Positions 58,765 through 64,000 of a stretch of DNA of 64,000 bases are shown here, piece after piece. The notes under the pieces are model-generated. The model ran no database searches, was not told the origin of the DNA, and saw only the letters and a program-made list of their open reading frames with translations. The number at the start of each line of letters is the position of its first letter. The stretch's first letter is position 1. Source of the stretch: Amoebophrya sp. A120 (taxonomy: Eukaryota > Protista > Dinoflagellata); contig CAJINV010000001.1 in the NCBI GenBank assembly GCA_905178155.1, positions 7,843,599 to 7,907,598 on the forward strand, given 5' to 3'. The translations under genes were made by a program, and so were the position numbers.

Positions 58765-61141
58765 ATGATTCCGGTGTTGCAGCTGCAGCCGGCGCCCCTC
58801 CCCGCTTCCACACCACCACCCGTTGCCCAAGCCGCGACCCACCCGCCGGCGGCGCACCCGAACTGTCGCCAGAATTTACGCGAACAGGCACTGCATGCGC
58901 TGGAGCACTCGTTACTGCCTTGGGTGCACGAGCGGGCCCGGCGCATCTGCGCGTTTGCCAACAAGAACTACCAGGAAAAAGGCCGGGGTTGCGTGGTGTT
59001 CATGTTCCAGACGGTGCAGGAGGTGTTCGAGGAGGGCTGGTCTGAGACCTCGCTCCGCTACCTATCCGAGACCCAGGTGCACGCGCTCGCGATGAAAACA
59101 AACCACATTCTCAGTGCGTTGGAACGGTGAGTCTTGTCTCTGATTCATCTTCATGCATTGTTGTGGGTTCCATGTTTGAAACACCTAACAGGAGAGATAC
59201 CAGCTGTCGCTTCAGTTTCGCTCTCATGTAAATTTGTTCTTGCTTTCGAAAAAAATAAACAGGTACAATCCGTCTCGTCACTGCGTGGTCGTTGCGTTGA
59301 TCGCGGAAATCGCTTTCGACCGGTTTTATTTCTTGCGCGCGGACGGGAAGTCGTCGCACAGTCGCAAGGCAGCACAGGTACTTGATTACGTAGCTATGTA
59401 CGTTACTGATTATCTATGATGAAGATGACCGCGTTCATCTTTTTTGCTCGGGGTGCGTTCTGAGCTGTAGCTGTAGACGTAGAGGGGGTGGAAGAAGATG
59501 AACTACGTCGAGAGGATTTTGTCTTGTGCAAAAAATTGCACAATTTCCAAATACTAATACAGGCCGGGCTGGGGTTTCGGTACAAACAGATCGAAAACGA
59601 GAACGAGGCGGCGCAGGACTACACCTTTTCTGACCGGGACTGCTCCGAGAAAAACGAGAGTGAGATCAGTTCGACCGTGGCCGAGACGGAGCAGGGCCGA
59701 CAAGGCTCCTCGTGCAACAAGGACCCACCCACGCCGCCGATCGCGATCCCGCCGAAGCACTTGCTCCCTCCGTGCGTGTCCGCGACCAGTCGGCCGTGGG
59801 GAGTGTCGGTAAACACTTCGATTGGCCGCGGGAAGGGGGAGAATCGTCCGTCTGCGGCAACGACCGGCTTTTTGGCGTCTCGGCAGAGTGCATCCAATAA
59901 CTATGTCGCGGCGGCGCATCTTCACGGACAAAATCACCCCGTGGGTAGTACGAACGTGATTTGCAGTAGTTCCCGCTGCAGAGGTGGACTTCACAACAGC
60001 TCTCGCGGAGGTACAACAGGAGGACAATTACAAAAAGCATCACAGCAGAATAATATTCAAGTTACAACAGCGCACAGCAACGGCCGCCGCAGTGTGTGCA
60101 GTAACAACACCAGCAGCTCCAACGGGTTGCTTTACCCGTCCTCGAGTTCGCCGGCTCGACAACAGGAGAACTTCGACCACAAGCGATTGTCAACCACCAC
60201 TTCCGGCTTGGAAGATGAGACGCTTTCTACTACGTGCGTAGTTACAACGCAGCAAAGCAGGCAAAGCCCCTCGCTTGAACTGCACGAGTACAACAACAAT
60301 GTCGGTACGACGGTCGTGACCACGGCAACAACGGTGGGAGGCGTCACGGATTTCGTCCTGCCCTCGGCGAGCAGTGCTGGCACCATCGACTTTGATATTG
60401 CAGGCCCCGCGGCGGGGACCACAGCTGCAGCAGCGGGTGCTGTTGGGAACAACTTCAATCTCGCAGGAGTCCCGCCGCCGAGCAGTGTAGGACTCTGCGA
60501 CCGAGGAGGACAGCTGCTCCACTCGCAGACGGAGTACGACGCCTATTTTTCGACACACAACCAGTACAACCAGCAAAACAACAAGAAACGATCCTGGGCC
60601 GGCATGCAGAACAACCACTACAACCGGGCCGCGGCGCTGGCCGCGGAGCAACAGAATTCGCGCATGTGCGCCAGCAACTACCTGAACTACTGCAACTACC
60701 TGAATTACACCAAACAAATGCAGCAGGCGCTTCATGGACTGAATCTTGCGCTGGCGTCTTCGTCCTGCGTCCCGACTGGTATACTGAACCTCGTTTCAAT
60801 TTATGCTGTTGTCTGTTTGAGTACGGGCTTAGAGTTGGTACTTACTCGCTGCTTTTTCACATAATCATGAATGATCGAAGCGCAGCTGCGGAGGTCGTGC
60901 CAGAAACGAATGCATACAAGGGCAAAAAATGAAAACAGCTCGTCCACTGCTGGCTCCGGTGGTGCCGCTGGCCTCTGCGGTAGTCCCGCAGCCGGTCCCT
61001 GCCTGGTTGCCCCAAGCGGCCGTGAGCATGAACATGTTGGGTGCGCCGATCGGCCACGGAGGAAATCCCCAAGGGGGCATGCAGCCCTCTCCGTGCTGGG
61101 CGACTGGGGCTAGCACGAGCCATGGCGTTTTGATGCAGTAG
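58765..61141 (+). CDS. Hypothetical protein with a small N-terminal globular domain and a long low-complexity tail; exons approx. 58765-59127, 59262-59377, 59563-60778, 60939-61141
   Basis: Three GT-AG introns join the ORFs in frame (ALER|YNPSRHCVVV; AAQ|AGLGFRY; PT|ARPLL). Confidence 0.7.
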
Positions 61142-61713
61142 GATTCTTAGAAATTCTTTCCTGTTTGTACTGTCATCTACGGGGAGATGTCTTGAGCCTC
61201 CTCCAGTTTACTGATATGAATTTTGGAGTCTTTATTTTATTTGGCTTTAGTGAAGTGAGGACAGAAAGAAAGTGATTTTTTTTTTCAGAATTGTGCATGA
61301 AAACTTCATGGTCGATGTCGAACAGGCCGTCTCAGGAATCTATGCATTCCGTTGTATGAATCTCTTTCTTTATCATTGAAGTCGTACATAGATTTACGTT
61401 TATCGTTATCCTGCTAGTGCTCTTTACAAGAAAGTAGGAAAGTGCCTTCATTCTTCACAAAAAAATTTGTGCGCTGCAAAAGCGGACATGTAAAAAACGT
61501 GCACAATTAGGGTAGTGTAGTTACCACAAGAGTAAATATGAAGAGTGCCACAATTGTGAACTTGAACGAAAATTGAGAATGCTACAGATGATTAGAGAGG
61601 CTTTTTTTGGGACAACAATACGGACTAGTAGAAAATTGAACGTGATTATCCGCCTTGATTATCGGTCCTCGCACCGCAATACGGCTTTCCTGGCAGTTCC
61701 TTCACGACGTGGA

Positions 61714-62881
61714 ATGTCCTTTTGTTCCCTTACGTAAGTACCTTCTTCGCAGTCACAGTCTTGTGAGCACTAGCTTGGCAACATTCCGCACTCGCGTGTT
61801 TTTTTCCCATTAAGTACTCACTTGGAGGTTTCTCCGCGTGCTAGGTTCATTGTTGTCGAGCGTTTTACAACTCCTCGCCGAGCAGAAGGAAACAAAATGT
61901 TTCCGTGCTTGATGGACGTAGCTGCCGTGGATGCGATCCACGACCAGGCCAGAAAAGGTCAACAAGAACAGCGGTTCACAGTCTCTGCATCTCACCTGAT
62001 CGGGTACACCAGCAATAACCTACGCGAGGTGGGCGGCACTTCGTTGCGGCTGGGCCTGGACGTGCCACCTTCGGCGGGCGCGGGGGTAAAAGAAAGACAG
62101 AATCATGACAGAAGGTTCCGACCGGGTATCTATATCGTGGTACTTCAGGCACAGCAGAATAAAATCTCCACCACGTCAACGTCAGCAGAAACACCGACCG
62201 GAGGGGTGGTGGGGCTGGGCGCAATACCACCGCCGGAGGATGTGGGAGAGAACCGCATTGAAGTCATACCCTTTCAAAGGCACAGCACGACGACGGCGAA
62301 AACAACGGGATTAGAGGACGAACGGTGCAGGTTCTGGACGGAGGAGGAGATTGGACATTGGCTCCCGGATCACGCGAAAACGCCCGGGGCTGTATTTGGT
62401 TCTCCGGCAGAAAAAGATGGACAAAAGGCGGGCGTCAGCGTTTATTTTCTGCGGCGGATAGCAGATTTCTCGCACCTAGGCGTTGGGCCGTGGCTGCGGG
62501 ACCAAATCCTGCGACACCAAGATAATGTCAATGAGGCTTTTCTGAAGCAGGCACCCGGGGGTTCTGCAGCCTCCGTGGGAGTAGACCTCACACCGGGCGA
62601 TGAACTACCTTTCTTTCTGGAAAAGATCGCGAGGAGTCGGCACAGCTGCTTGGCAACTGATGTGGTGGACCCGACGCGCGAGATGGAACCAAATCAGAAA
62701 GAGATGGCTGCCTACTGGACAAGACACGGAGGGGTGTGAGCCTTATTCGAGTGCTATGGCCTTGTTCCCCGGACCCTCTTCAACGCGGTCCTTATCCTAT
62801 TAAAACCGTGTTCGCATTTGCCACTTTCGTTGCAGGTGTTTCTGCGACACAGATCAGCTTTCAGACGATGTTTTTTCTTGA
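61714..62881 (+). CDS. Hypothetical protein (short first exon at 61714, main exon 61815-62735, probable last exon ending at 62881)
   Basis: ATG plus a GTAAGT donor and a TAAG acceptor are in frame with the 305-aa ORF. A GTGAG donor and TTGCAG acceptor follow at the 3' end, whose position is uncertain. Confidence 0.55.
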
Positions 62882-62979
62882 CTCTGATCCAGAATTGTGA
62901 GCGAGTGGAAGCTTACGCTTCGTCGGATCAAAAATATCCACCTTGCGACAAGCTTTTCGTCCAGGCATTTTAAATCGAC

Positions 62980-64000
62980 ATGAACGTGCAATTATGGCCA
63001 CCGCAAGTTCTACGGCGCTCCTGCCGCCGCACCCCGCGGATCGCAGGGTCCTGCCAAAGCCGAAACATCCGGATCCTGCCGGCGAAACTTTCCTACGACA
63101 GCATGCAGGAGGCGGGACTGCTTACCGTGCCCAAAAGTGGACGACAACTGCAGAAGAGTAGGGACCAAAGCGCGGCGAAGATACCCCACACGGCGGCTGC
63201 CCGTGAGAAGGCGCGAAAAAGACTGCACTGGCAGATTTGGCACTGCATGGCGAGCACGAAAAACTGGAACCGGTGGCAGCAATTGTTCGGCGAATTTAAG
63301 GAGCGGAGGCTCGCGTATTGCGAAGTGACCTACACGCTGCTGCTGTGGGGGTACGTGCTGTCCCACCGCCACCGGTCGGAATCGGCTTTCCTGGTACTCG
63401 AGGCCATGAAGAACAGTGGGTTTGTGCACGGCGCCCTGATCCGGGCGAACGAGGGCATGCTGAACTCCTTTTTCGAGCTCCAGGAACTCCACCACCGCCC
63501 CGTCTGCGCGAATTCGTGGCAAAATATTTTCCGCCTGTTGCTGCACTGCGCCCAGCGATACCAGAAGCGAAGATGGAAGACAGCGAAGCAAGATTTGCTC
63601 GCACTGCCGCCGAACACCATGCTGGCCTTGGACCCCGCGGACGTGAAAAATGTCTTGTTGCAGGAGGTACAGGACAGTCAGTCGCCGCTGCTGGGTACAA
63701 GTAGTTGCGGCGAAGATGGAAGTGCGCTGTTACCTGCCCCCGCGGTGGGGAGCGGCAGCAGGGCGGATGAATTGCAAGAAACTACAACTCAACCGAACGG
63801 TAGTTTGTCGTACTCCTGCCCAACTACGCGGCACTACGAACAGCATATAACGATCCCGAGCTACGGTGATGTGACCGCCGTGGCCGACCGAGAATTGAAA
63901 AATTACTGCGGAGCGTACGAACGCAGTGACTACTTGCGTGCGCTTGAAGTTGAAGAAGCCATGGATACCGAACTGACGGAGCTGCTGACAGAAGATCACA
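62980..64000 (+). CDS. PPR-like motif protein, likely mitochondrial; truncated by the window end
   Basis: The frame is open from ATG 62980 to the window end and is absent from the ORF track. It has an Arg-rich N-terminus, and EVTYTLLLWGYVLSHRHRSESAFLVLEAMKNSG fits a PPR helix pair. Confidence 0.7.
   Translation, partial: MNVQLWPPQVLRRSCRRTPRIAGSCQSRNIRILPAKLSYDSMQEAGLLTVPKSGRQLQKSRDQSAAKIPHTAAAREKARKRLHWQIWHCMASTKNWNRWQQLFGEFKERRLAYCEVTYTLLLWGYVLSHRHRSESAFLVLEAMKNSGFVHGALIRANEGMLNSFFELQELHHRPVCANSWQNIFRLLLHCAQRYQKRRWKTAKQDLLALPPNTMLALDPADVKNVLLQEVQDSQSPLLGTSSCGEDGSALLPAPAVGSGSRADELQETTTQPNGSLSYSCPTTRHYEQHITIPSYGDVTAVADRELKNYCGAYERSDYLRALEVEEAMDTELTELLTEDH

Overview
This is eukaryotic, intron-containing genomic DNA. 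It most likely comes from an alveolate of the syndinian/dinoflagellate type (Amoebophrya-like). That placement is inferred from compact unidirectional gene blocks, mostly short GT-AG introns and TIR/TSD 'introner' introns with non-canonical splice sites. About 14 genes from 530 to 52042 all lie on the minus strand: CYB5D1, a CEP19-MINDY fusion, a Chorein_N/zinc-finger protein, VAP, ARFRP1, a tandem Nudix-like protein, a Na+/H+ exchanger, a Gig2/PARP-like ART next to a macrodomain protein, an NSUN-type m5C methyltransferase, a GT15 mannosyltransferase fusion, a disrupted secreted protein, a 2H-phosphoesterase-like protein and hypotheticals. A repeat-rich divergent strand-switch region (about 52.1-56.5 kb) is followed by plus-strand genes. 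The most striking feature is a 5.5-kb composite insertion in the VAP gene. Three unrelated 1.1-2.6 kb segments are separated by four copies (63, 48, 44 and 63 bp) of the host intron-exon junction, which fits three successive insertions into one site with unusually long target-site duplications. Also notable are three introner elements in a single gene and an adjacent ADP-ribosyltransferase/macrodomain pair. No rRNA, tRNA, CRISPR array, reverse transcriptase or transposase was recognised. All family calls are by motif recognition by eye, not database searches.
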